Assembly (NCBI GenBank): GCA_963543925.1
Contig: CAUUCP010000002.1
Coordinates: forward strand, 9,485 to 73,484
Direction of reading: 5' to 3'
Origin: an uncultured Bacteroidia bacterium
GTDB lineage: Bacteria > Bacteroidota > Bacteroidia > Bacteroidales > CAJPTX01
Length of the DNA stretch: 64,000 bases
In this document: positions 1-8,900 of the stretch, one piece after another
Layout of the letters: every line of letters starts with the position of its first letter
Position numbering within the stretch: the stretch's first letter is position 1
Program-made: the position numbers and the translations under genes
The notes under the pieces: generated by a model
What the model saw: the letters and a program-made list of their open reading frames with translations, nothing else
The model's database searches: none
What the model was told of the DNA's origin: nothing

Positions 1-485
1 TTGCTATTGACACCGTCCGATACGTACGTTACTTCGACGAACCGTACTTCGCCAGGGAGTAGACCGTTCAAAACCTCGGTATTTCCGAGCTTACGCTTAT
101 ACACGCAACGAGTAGCTTGTCCCTTTGCGGTAAAATCATACACGAATGGGTTGAAGGTAATCGTATAATCCGATCCCGACGCCTTTACAGGGAGATCGAG
201 TTCTGCAGCCGAACCCGTTACCTCGAATCTCTTGACATAGTTATCCGTGGACGTTCCGTAGATTCCCTTGTAAGATGTGCTCACAAGAATCGTAGATTTT
301 ACTTTTAGGGTATCAGCCTTAGCATCCACGACGTCACTCATCACAATCCCAAGACTAAGATAGACCTTAGCGCTACGAGACTCATCCACTTGGGCTTCAG
401 AGCTTACAATCTTGCTATCGCAAGAAGTCATAAACATACTAGCCATAGCTGCTAGTACTGCGAAACCGTAGAACAATTTCTTCAT
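1..485 (-). CDS. lipoprotein, N-terminal part only (gene runs off window start); possibly type V pilin/fimbrillin-like
   Basis: My own minus-strand translation from the ATG at 485-483 gives MKKLFYGFAVLAAMASMFMTSCDSKIVSSEAQ..., a signal peptide plus lipobox Cys. The frame stays open to position 1. It is absent from the ORF track because it is truncated by the window edge. The pilin idea is only a stylistic guess. Confidence 0.55.
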   Translation of the reverse strand, partial: MKKLFYGFAVLAAMASMFMTSCDSKIVSSEAQVDESRSAKVYLSLGIVMSDVVDAKADTLKVKSTILVSTSYKGIYGTSTDNYVKRFEVTGSAAELDLPVKASGSDYTITFNPFVYDFTAKGQATRCVYKRKLGNTEVLNGLLPGEVRFVEVTYVSDGVNS

Positions 486-515
486 TTCTGTTACTTGTGT
501 TTTATTCTCAACACG

Positions 516-523
516 CAAAGGTA
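516..523 (-). promoter_or_regulatory. Bacteroidetes -7 box (TACCTTTG on minus strand)
   Basis: Matches TAnnTTTG, with 30 nt between the box and the ATG at 485. Confidence 0.5.
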
Positions 524-530
524 ATGTTAA

Positions 531-540
531 TTTTTTTTTT
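531..540. repeat. T10/A10 homopolymer tract in promoter spacer
   Basis: Ten consecutive T on the plus strand, 8-17 nt upstream of the -7 box of the lipoprotein gene. Confidence 0.9.
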
Positions 541-621
541 GAACAACACGACGCTGCACAACACAGTTAAATCATCTGCTGCGATCGGGATGCGCTGCAT
601 GTAGAAATCGGTACACTTCGC

Positions 622-629
622 TATCTTTG
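622..629 (+). promoter_or_regulatory. -7 box TATCTTTG, candidate rodA promoter
   Basis: Exact TAnnTTTG match about 105 nt upstream of the rodA GTG start. This distance is longer than for the other genes here. Confidence 0.35.
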
Positions 630-733
630 TTGCTGCAAGAGGTGTCAGATTCGAAGCCCACTCGCCCCCTCCCTCATCATCGGTTCTGTCGTATGCACCT
701 CTTTACAGGACTGTACAATATTTAGGATTTGTC

Positions 734-2143
734 GTGGCAAGAGGGAGTACACTCAATCGGGTAGACTGGGGACTGGTGTTCCTCTACCTCATCTTGGTCA
801 TTTTAGGATGGTTAAGTATCTATGCGTCGGCGTATACCGATGCGCATCCTTCTTTCTTTGACCTTTCGCAACGCTATGGTCAGCAACTCCTTTGGATCTC
901 GGCGGCTTTTGTGCTGGCAACAGGGATTTTATTGGTTGACCGTCGTCTTTTCTATGCATCTGCGTACATCATTTATGGGGCGTTGCTTTTTATACTCCTT
1001 TTGGTTCTATTCATCGGGGTGGCCAAGCATGGTGCTCGTTCGTGGCTAGACTTTGGATTCTTTAAGATTCAGCCCTCGGAATTCGGGAAATTTGCCACAG
1101 CGCTGGCCTTAGCGCGGTACATGGGGCGTGCTCAGTTCCAACGTCACTCGGTACGAGAGTGGATGCGCGTGGGGCTGATCGTAGGACTGCCAGTGGGGTT
1201 AATCCTGTTACAGAACGACCTTGGCTCGGCCATCGTGTATTCGACCTTTCTGCTGGTATGTTATCGCGAGGGGATGCGTGGCGAGGTACTCCTCTTCCTT
1301 TTTTTCGTTGCAGCCATCTTCATCTTCGAACTCCTTTTTGACAAGCTCTATATCCTCCTTGGCTTGCTCACCCTTACCCAGCTCACTTACTACTTTCTTC
1401 AACGTCAACCGAAGGCGCTCTTGCGTTTACTGATATTTCAGCTCCTCTCGTTCGGGGTTGCTTATTTTGCCAATTGGCTCATGGGCTGGGAGTGGGAATG
1501 GTACATCCTCTGTTTGTTTCCAGCGGTGCTCACGATCTTTTACCTTCTGCTGCAAAGCTTTTTGTTGCGTCTTCGCCGTTTGTGGATATTAGGAGGGTTA
1601 CTTGCCTTTAGTCTCCTGTGCAGTTTCAGTGTAGACTACGTATTCAACCACATCCTTGATACGCACCACCAGCGACGGATCAATGACCTACTCGGTATAG
1701 AGAATGACCCGTTGGGGTGGGGTTACAATGTCAACCAATCCATGATAGCGATTGGTTCTGGAGGGCTTTGGGGTAAAGGGTTCTTGGAAGGTACGCAAAC
1801 CAAGTTCAATTTCGTCCCCGAGCAGAGCACCGACTTCATTTTTTGTACTGTAGGCGAAGAGTGGGGATTTATCGGGACGGCCTTCGTGGTAACCCTATTT
1901 ATGGTGCTTCTTTACCGGATCGTCCTTGTAGCCGAGCGACAAAAGGAGCCTTTCCATCGGATTTATGGTTATTCCGTGGCTTCGATCCTCTTTTTTCACA
2001 TGGCGATAAATCTATCGATGACCATCGGTTTATTCCCCGTAGTAGGTATCCCACTTCCCTTCTTTAGCTATGGCGGATCGAGTCTATGGGCTTTTACGAT
2101 GCTCCTTTTTGTCTTGGTAAAATTCGATATGGACAACAAATAG
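734..2143 (+). CDS. rodA: SEDS-family peptidoglycan glycosyltransferase RodA/FtsW
   Basis: 469 aa and polytopic. Motifs seen: QPSEFGK, GSGGLWGKGF, FVPEQSTDFIF, GIPLPFFSYGGSS. GTG start. Confidence 0.85.
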   Translation: MARGSTLNRVDWGLVFLYLILVILGWLSIYASAYTDAHPSFFDLSQRYGQQLLWISAAFVLATGILLVDRRLFYASAYIIYGALLFILLLVLFIGVAKHGARSWLDFGFFKIQPSEFGKFATALALARYMGRAQFQRHSVREWMRVGLIVGLPVGLILLQNDLGSAIVYSTFLLVCYREGMRGEVLLFLFFVAAIFIFELLFDKLYILLGLLTLTQLTYYFLQRQPKALLRLLIFQLLSFGVAYFANWLMGWEWEWYILCLFPAVLTIFYLLLQSFLLRLRRLWILGGLLAFSLLCSFSVDYVFNHILDTHHQRRINDLLGIENDPLGWGYNVNQSMIAIGSGGLWGKGFLEGTQTKFNFVPEQSTDFIFCTVGEEWGFIGTAFVVTLFMVLLYRIVLVAERQKEPFHRIYGYSVASILFFHMAINLSMTIGLFPVVGIPLPFFSYGGSSLWAFTMLLFVLVKFDMDNK

Positions 2144-2159
2144 CCCATCACGTGTATAT

Positions 2160-2362
2160 GGGGGTATGGGGGAAAGGAGTGCTCTAGGAAGTGTGTAAAC
2201 ACCGTGTGTACCTTCAGCGGGAGTATATAGGGAGTATAGAGGGTATACCCCTAGCATGCCTTGTTTGTGGGATAAGGAATTAAGGAAAATATAAAGCGAG
2301 ATTTCCCCGTTTTTCTCCCCAGTTGCTGTGATACCTAGGCACTTTTTTAGGACAGTATTTTT
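2160..2362 (+). repeat. intergenic repeat element, copy A (3' flank of AAA-ATPase paralog 1)
   Basis: The core CTAGCATGCCTTGTTTGTGGGATAAGGAATTAAGGAAAATATAAAGCGAGATTTCCCCGTTTTTCTCCCCAGTTGCTG...CACTTTTTTAGGACAGTAT recurs at 17920-18158 (same orientation) and 42048-42270 (inverted). A partial copy lies at 48734-48780. Confidence 0.8.
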
Positions 2363-4000
2363 CTACGATCGCTCCTGTGGGGTGAGTACCTCTTCCGCCC
2401 ACTCGCCTACGTTTCTTGTCTTTTCGTCAAAGCTGACGCCCACCAGATGGATGGGACGCTTCGTCTTGCTGAACTTTGCCAAGTAACCGCTCTCCTTGAG
2501 CTGGGTGATAGCCTCCTGTGGCGTACCTGCAGTCATTACCTTGAACTCGAAAAGGTAGACACGTTTGCGCGTTGTAATCACCATATCTACACGCCCCGTC
2601 GCACAAATCACCTCCGTCTGTACCTGCATATCAAGGACATAGAATAGAGCATAGAGAACGGACTGATAGTAATATTCTCGTAGCGGGCGTCCCTCCTCAC
2701 CACTGGGGATATTCCCGTAATAAATCCCAGCGAGTACCTTTTTTACCCATAAGATCACTTCAGATAAATCCCCTGAGAGAAGGGCGCGATTGATTGACCC
2801 TATAGACTTGGAAATCAACGATTCATCCCCTGAGGTGTAAAACGGCAAAAGGCACTTTAAGAAACCTTGTTGTACCTCCTCATTAGGGAAGCCGAGGATG
2901 AAGTGGTCAAGTTGAGGCAGGTACTTCTTAATCGTCAGGTAGCCAGAATGAAACAACAACGGAATCGTATCCTGCGTGCCGTAACGGAAGTTCTGTAAGG
3001 ACGAGCTGTCCATTTCCACGTCATCATCGAGGTCTGGGATAGGGTAAGTATTATGCAGCAGTGCTTTAACGAGGTACTCTGGCGTAGCGCTTTCGAACCA
3101 GTAATAATCGTAAGTACTTGTTACCAAGACCTTAAGAAGACTAAAGGGGTTATAGACATTCTCTCCCTTACGAGAAAAACAATAACCGTCATACTCTTTC
3201 TTGAGTCGTTGACGTGTCGCTTTTACAGTGGTATTTTCTGCTAGGGCTAGTTTCTCTATCTCGGGCATAAAGTAGTCGGTAAGTTCTTGCTCGGTAAAGC
3301 CGCAGATAGCATCGTAATTATCCAAGAGCGAGACATCCATCAGGTTGTTAGCCCCGCTAAAGAGGTTCATCCTACTGAACTTGGTGATGCCCGTCAGGAA
3401 GGCAAAGCGGATGTAGCGGTCGCAGTGCTTGAGTACCTCGTAGAATGCGCGAAGGAGCAAGCGGTTGGCTTCGTTGAGCTCGGGGTCTTCTAGGGTGAGC
3501 AGGAGGGGTTTGTCATACTCGTCGATGAGGATAACGACCTGCTTTCCAGTCTGTTCGTAGATGGTTTCTATGAGGTAAATAAGTCGCTCTTCGGGAGCAT
3601 CCTCATCACTTACGACTTGGTATCTCTTTTCTAGCTTCTCGAGTTGCTTTAAAAGGCGGTTGGGTAATGTTTCTCGGGTTACATAGTCCCTCGCATTCAG
3701 GTCGAAGTAGAGCACGGGACTTGCCTCCCACGGCTCGCGTTGTTGCCTGCAGGCGATTTCCTCCTCGTGGTCTGCGATATAGAGCCCCTCAAAGAGCTCC
3801 TTCCGTCCTTCGAAATAGGCTTGGAGGGTAGACAGGAAGAGGCTCTTTCCAAAACGGTGGGGGCGGCTGAGGAAAAACGACTTAGAGCCGACACTCATAC
3901 ATTTCACTATGTAGTGAGTCTTGTCTACATAGATCATCCGATTCCTTCGGATATCTTCAAAGGTTTGAACCCCCACGGGTAGCAGACGCTGTTCTGTCAT
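2363..4000 (-). CDS. AAA-ATPase-like / PD-(D/E)XK nuclease fusion protein (PF09820+PF08011-type, recalled from memory), paralog 1
   Basis: 545 aa. Walker A-like SRPHRFGKS, Walker B VVILIDEYD, and a C-terminal nuclease motif GRVDMV...LFEFK. The last 330 or more residues are essentially identical to paralogs 2 and 3. Confidence 0.75.
   Translation of the reverse strand: MTEQRLLPVGVQTFEDIRRNRMIYVDKTHYIVKCMSVGSKSFFLSRPHRFGKSLFLSTLQAYFEGRKELFEGLYIADHEEEIACRQQREPWEASPVLYFDLNARDYVTRETLPNRLLKQLEKLEKRYQVVSDEDAPEERLIYLIETIYEQTGKQVVILIDEYDKPLLLTLEDPELNEANRLLLRAFYEVLKHCDRYIRFAFLTGITKFSRMNLFSGANNLMDVSLLDNYDAICGFTEQELTDYFMPEIEKLALAENTTVKATRQRLKKEYDGYCFSRKGENVYNPFSLLKVLVTSTYDYYWFESATPEYLVKALLHNTYPIPDLDDDVEMDSSSLQNFRYGTQDTIPLLFHSGYLTIKKYLPQLDHFILGFPNEEVQQGFLKCLLPFYTSGDESLISKSIGSINRALLSGDLSEVILWVKKVLAGIYYGNIPSGEEGRPLREYYYQSVLYALFYVLDMQVQTEVICATGRVDMVITTRKRVYLFEFKVMTAGTPQEAITQLKESGYLAKFSKTKRPIHLVGVSFDEKTRNVGEWAEEVLTPQERS
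2471..3352. repeat. 882-bp tract identical to 4189-5070 (direct); 2471-3333 identical to 47763-48625 (inverted)
   Basis: Compared base by base by eye. The first mismatch with copy 2 is at 3353 (gccccg vs gctccg). The offset to copy 2 is 1718 bp. Confidence 0.8.
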
Positions 4001-4020
4001 CTCCTTGTTATTGATTTGTA

Positions 4021-4028
4021 CAAAGATA
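4021..4028 (-). promoter_or_regulatory. -7 box TATCTTTG for paralog 1
   Basis: TAnnTTTG match with 20 nt between the box and the ATG at 4000. Confidence 0.6.
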
Positions 4029-4092
4029 GGAAAAAGAACACCTATCTACTGAGGCTAGCGACGCTCGAGGCAGTAAGAAGCGCAGAGAGGGT

Positions 4093-5715
4093 TTACTGAT
4101 TTATGACCTCCTCCGCCCACTCGCCTACGTTCCTCGTCTTCTCGTCAAAGCTGACGCCCACCAGATGCACGGAACGTTTCGTCTTACTGAACTTTGCCAA
4201 GTAACCGCTCTCCTTGAGCTGGGTGATAGCCTCCTGTGGCGTACCTGCAGTCATTACCTTGAACTCGAAAAGGTAGACACGTTTGCGCGTTGTAATCACC
4301 ATATCTACACGCCCCGTCGCACAAATCACCTCCGTCTGTACCTGCATATCAAGGACATAGAATAGAGCATAGAGAACGGACTGATAGTAATATTCTCGTA
4401 GCGGGCGTCCCTCCTCACCACTGGGGATATTCCCGTAATAAATCCCAGCGAGTACCTTTTTTACCCATAAGATCACTTCAGATAAATCCCCTGAGAGAAG
4501 GGCGCGATTGATTGACCCTATAGACTTGGAAATCAACGATTCATCCCCTGAGGTGTAAAACGGCAAAAGGCACTTTAAGAAACCTTGTTGTACCTCCTCA
4601 TTAGGGAAGCCGAGGATGAAGTGGTCAAGTTGAGGCAGGTACTTCTTAATCGTCAGGTAGCCAGAATGAAACAACAACGGAATCGTATCCTGCGTGCCGT
4701 AACGGAAGTTCTGTAAGGACGAGCTGTCCATTTCCACGTCATCATCGAGGTCTGGGATAGGGTAAGTATTATGCAGCAGTGCTTTAACGAGGTACTCTGG
4801 CGTAGCGCTTTCGAACCAGTAATAATCGTAAGTACTTGTTACCAAGACCTTAAGAAGACTAAAGGGGTTATAGACATTCTCTCCCTTACGAGAAAAACAA
4901 TAACCGTCATACTCTTTCTTGAGTCGTTGACGTGTCGCTTTTACAGTGGTATTTTCTGCTAGGGCTAGTTTCTCTATCTCGGGCATAAAGTAGTCGGTAA
5001 GTTCTTGCTCGGTAAAGCCGCAGATAGCATCGTAATTATCCAAGAGCGAGACATCCATCAGGTTGTTAGCTCCGCTAAAGAGGTTCATCCTACTGAACTG
5101 GGTGATGCCCGTTAGGAAGGCAAAGCGGATATAGCGGTCGCAGTTCTTGAGTATCTCGTAGAAGGCGCGGAGGAGCAAGCGGTTGGCTTCGTTCAACTTT
5201 GGGTCTTCTAGGGTGAGTAGGAGCGGCTTGTCATACTCGTCTATTAGGATAACGATCTGTTTACCTGTATTTTCGTAGACACTTTCGATCACATTATTGA
5301 ATCGTCCAGGGAAGGTTCTTGCGACGCCCTCACTACCGTAACGTCTTTCCATCGCAGTGAGCTGCCGATCTAGCAAATTCTCCAAGGCAGTATTATCTGT
5401 AAACCGCTCAGCGTTCATATTGAAGTAGAGCACGGGACTCGCCTCCCACGGCTCGCGTTGTTGCCAGCGGGCGATCTCTTCTTCGCGCTCTGCGATGTAG
5501 AGCCCCTCAAAGAGCTCCTTTTTTCCTTCAAAGTAAGCTTGTAGCGTCGAGAGGAAGAGGCTCTTACCGAAACGGTGGGGGCGGCTAAGGAAGAAGCACT
5601 CACCCAGAAGCAAAAGCTTCTCTATGTATTGAGTTTTATCTACGTAGACACTCCCTTTATTCCGTAGCTTCTCGAATGTCTGTCCAGTGATGGGTAAGTT
5701 GCGCGGTGGGGTCAT
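4093..5715 (-). CDS. AAA-ATPase-like / PD-(D/E)XK nuclease fusion protein, paralog 2
   Basis: Same architecture as paralog 1. I prefer the ATG at 5715 (MTPPRNLPITG...) over the track's TTG at 5742, because the -7 box at 5740-5747 overlaps that TTG and paralog 1 starts at the equivalent Met. Confidence 0.75.
   Translation of the reverse strand: MTPPRNLPITGQTFEKLRNKGSVYVDKTQYIEKLLLLGECFFLSRPHRFGKSLFLSTLQAYFEGKKELFEGLYIAEREEEIARWQQREPWEASPVLYFNMNAERFTDNTALENLLDRQLTAMERRYGSEGVARTFPGRFNNVIESVYENTGKQIVILIDEYDKPLLLTLEDPKLNEANRLLLRAFYEILKNCDRYIRFAFLTGITQFSRMNLFSGANNLMDVSLLDNYDAICGFTEQELTDYFMPEIEKLALAENTTVKATRQRLKKEYDGYCFSRKGENVYNPFSLLKVLVTSTYDYYWFESATPEYLVKALLHNTYPIPDLDDDVEMDSSSLQNFRYGTQDTIPLLFHSGYLTIKKYLPQLDHFILGFPNEEVQQGFLKCLLPFYTSGDESLISKSIGSINRALLSGDLSEVILWVKKVLAGIYYGNIPSGEEGRPLREYYYQSVLYALFYVLDMQVQTEVICATGRVDMVITTRKRVYLFEFKVMTAGTPQEAITQLKESGYLAKFSKTKRSVHLVGVSFDEKTRNVGEWAEEVINQ
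4189..5070. repeat. 882-bp tract identical to 2471-3352
   Basis: See the 2471-3352 entry. Confidence 0.8.
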
Positions 5716-5739
5716 CTTTGCTTCCTCAATTTGTTTGTA

Positions 5740-5747
5740 CAAAGATA
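5740..5747 (-). promoter_or_regulatory. -7 box TATCTTTG for paralog 2
   Basis: TAnnTTTG match with 24 nt between the box and the ATG at 5715. Confidence 0.6.
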
Positions 5748-5874
5748 CAATCCTAACGCCTTTCCGTCACCCTGCAGGACTCGTTACGGGAATCACTGGT
5801 ACGTACCCCATTTCAGTGGTTAGAAAGAAGCACTTATACACACGATGACCATTATACACGATTACCGATAGTAC

Positions 5875-5912
5875 AAAAAAAGAGGATGCTTCGCTTATCG
5901 CGAAACACCCTC
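5875..5912 (-). terminator. rho-independent terminator of the giant adhesin gene
   Basis: On the minus strand: GAGGGTGTTTCGCG-ATAA-GCGAAGCATCCTC followed by TTTTTTT. The stem is about 13 bp including G-U pairs. Confidence 0.7.
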
Positions 5913-5943
5913 TTCTTCTCAAGAAAGAGAACGTATTTTCAAA

Positions 5944-8900
5944 CTAACGCTTCACTACACGTACAGTACGTGCCACACCACTCGGCATCTGGAGCTGCAA
6001 GAGATAAAGCCCTGCTGGTAGATCCGCGGTAGACAGTACCGTTACCGCCCCCGATAACTCACCCGCACGTACCACAATTCCCGTTGTACTGAGGAGTGTA
6101 TAACGACCCTCCGTAACACCGTCGTGAAGTACGCGCAACTGTGTGCTGAACGGATTCGGCGCAACCTCTACCTGTGCTAAGAGAGCTTCCTCTACAGAAT
6201 TTACCCTGTCGTCGACCACTGTCACAGTCACCGTAAGTTCTTTGTTTATACGGGTATCCTTGATGGTAATGCTCGTTTCTCCGAGGCTTACCCCAGTTAC
6301 CATACCATTATTCACCGTGCAAATACCTTCATCAGCCGAGCTCCATTCGATATGCGACATATCAGCATCTTCAGGAGTAAGCTTTAGGTCGATATTGGTC
6401 TTATAACCAACTACCACAAAGATTGAAGAGGTCTCCAGAGTAAAGTCCTCTAGCGGCTTCTTATTTCCGTTTTCACCTCCATTATTCCCATTTGCCGACT
6501 GCACCGTTACAGGGATTTCTACGCTATTTCCATTAGCATCCTTTACGGTAATCTTCGTTTCTCCAGTCTTGACACCCGTCACGACGCCGTTCTTGACGGT
6601 GGCTACGCTCTCGTCCTCCGAGGTCCATTCGAGCTTACTCGTATCGCCATTGGCGGGTGTGAGCTTCAGGTTCACTAGGGTTTGATTTCCCTCTACGACG
6701 ACTACAGGCTTATCTGGCTTGTCAAAGGAAGTGAGCGCTGGCTTAGATGGGTCGGTAGCCGACTCTTCTACCACCTTCACTTTGACGGTACCCGAGGTTC
6801 CGTTCTTGGCAGTAATCGTAATGTCAACCGATCCTACAGCAACCCCTGTCACGAAACCCTTTTTGTTCACCGTAGCCACGGCTTCGTCAGCCGACGACCA
6901 AGCGAGGGTTTCTGGCGAAGCTGCAGCAGGTTCTACGCCCGTGAGCTCGATCAATGTCGTAGCACCCTTGAAAACTGTAATCGCCGTAGGCGCTTGGAAA
7001 GCAGTGATGTCTACCAACTCGGTCTCGGACTCTAGAGCATTCACGATCACCGTTTCTTCATGCGAGGGGCTTGATACCTTGATAGTATAAGAACCTCTTT
7101 CCTTAGGAGTCACCACCCCAGAGTTATCCACAGGACACTTCGTTTCATCGGAAGTTTTCCACGTGAGCTTACGGATATCGAACAGTTCATGATCTACACC
7201 CGTGATAGTAATCACACCCGTAGAATTGACCAATACCGAGATAGTACTCTGCTTAACACCGAAAGTCTCCGGAGCTGGTAAGATACGCTTGACAGGAGTC
7301 ACCTTAATCTTCGTAGTAAATGTCTTCTTTGGGTCCGTATTTTCGAGTGTTCCCATCACCTCAATGGGCTCTGTGGTGAGCGCCAAGCCACGAACAAGGG
7401 CATAGCCATACTTGTCAGGGTGAGGTTGGATGGAGACAAGCTTTGCATCCCCTGAGAGGAAGGAAAGGGTGAGGTTATTGGCTGTTGGAGGATTGTACTT
7501 CAACTTAAGATCGATCGTAGCCCCCTGTTCTACCTCGTACATTGGTTCTTCGAAGGCGATATCCCCAGTGAGTTCATTGAGCTCCTCTACCACGATAGTA
7601 CATTCGCTCATGAGCGACGGCTTGTTTTTAAGGTAGACACGAATCTTAGCCTCCCCGACTTCCTTGCCTTTTACGGTACGTTTGAGGACATCGAACTCAA
7701 TCTTATCGGCACCGCTGATCACACTCCAAGCGATCTCCTTGTCCGTTGCATGCTCTGGCTCTACCTGTGGGGCAAAGGTATAGGTAGCACCCTTACCCAA
7801 CTTCAGATTCTTGATGAGCGTTACGCCCGTAGTGGTGACACGTGGGAGCACCTTAATCTTACATACCTTCCGTACGGTCTCGTTGGATACGAGCTTAACC
7901 GTAATCTCAGCATCCCCAGCCTCTATTGCTTTATACGATCCGTCGTCGGAGACCTGTACAATCTTCGAATCGCTGGTTTCCCAAACTACCAGCCTATCGG
8001 TAGCACCTTCTGGTTTATAGCCCAAGATCAACTTTCCGGTCTGCCCTGGTAGAAGCTCGCGACTCGCATCGATTTCGAGTTCCTTGGTTTCTATTTTCGC
8101 TACCACGCGCACAAGACAGTCTTTCCATACGTTGGCTCCCCCCTGCGCAATAACCTTGACCCGTACAGGAGTCTGAGAGATCGTCTTGCCCACGAGACGA
8201 TTATTTTCATCGACCTCTATAATACTAGTATTCTCAGACTCGAACTGCACACGTTTGTCCGTTGCATTGCTAGGTTCCAATTTATAGGGGATCGTCGCAG
8301 GCGTATTGTCAGGAATTTCAAAGACGTGGTCTTCTGACGGACGTGTAATAATCACGCTAGTCACAGGGACAGCCTTTACGGTGACCTTCACTAGACGGAA
8401 GACATTACGATCTACGACGGAGGTTGCGCGTAAGGTAGCCTCACCCTCTTTCACGCCTTTTACGTTCCCCTCCTTATCTACAGAGAGGATTTCTGGCTTC
8501 GAACTCCACCACTCGAGGTCTTTATTCTGGGCATCCTGTGGAGTCACGATCGGCTGGATATGTCGTTCTTCATTCACATTGATGGTAAATGGTTCCATCG
8601 AAATGTGTGTAGGAACAATCGTCTTCTTATAGATGATGTGCACGAGACACCGCGAGGTTACTGCTGGTTTCTCTGCATGCTGGACGATAACCTCTTCTAT
8701 GAACCCTCCGTAGTTAGGATCATTATCATCCACCACCTCAATCTCGCCCGTATCTTCGTTAAGGACTTTAATACGCGTCGATTTCGTCGACCACTTCACA
8801 CTCTTGTTCGTCGTATATTCAGGTTTGAATACGACCCCGAGCTTATAGGTAGTCCCTGGCTTAAGTGAGATCTCACTAGGCGTAGCCTCTATTTCTTGAG

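Noticed and set aside
2160-2362. autonomous mobile element (IS/transposon) explanation for the repeat family
   Set aside because: No transposase, integrase, terminal inverted repeats or target-site duplications could be seen around any copy. It is reported only as a repeat family.
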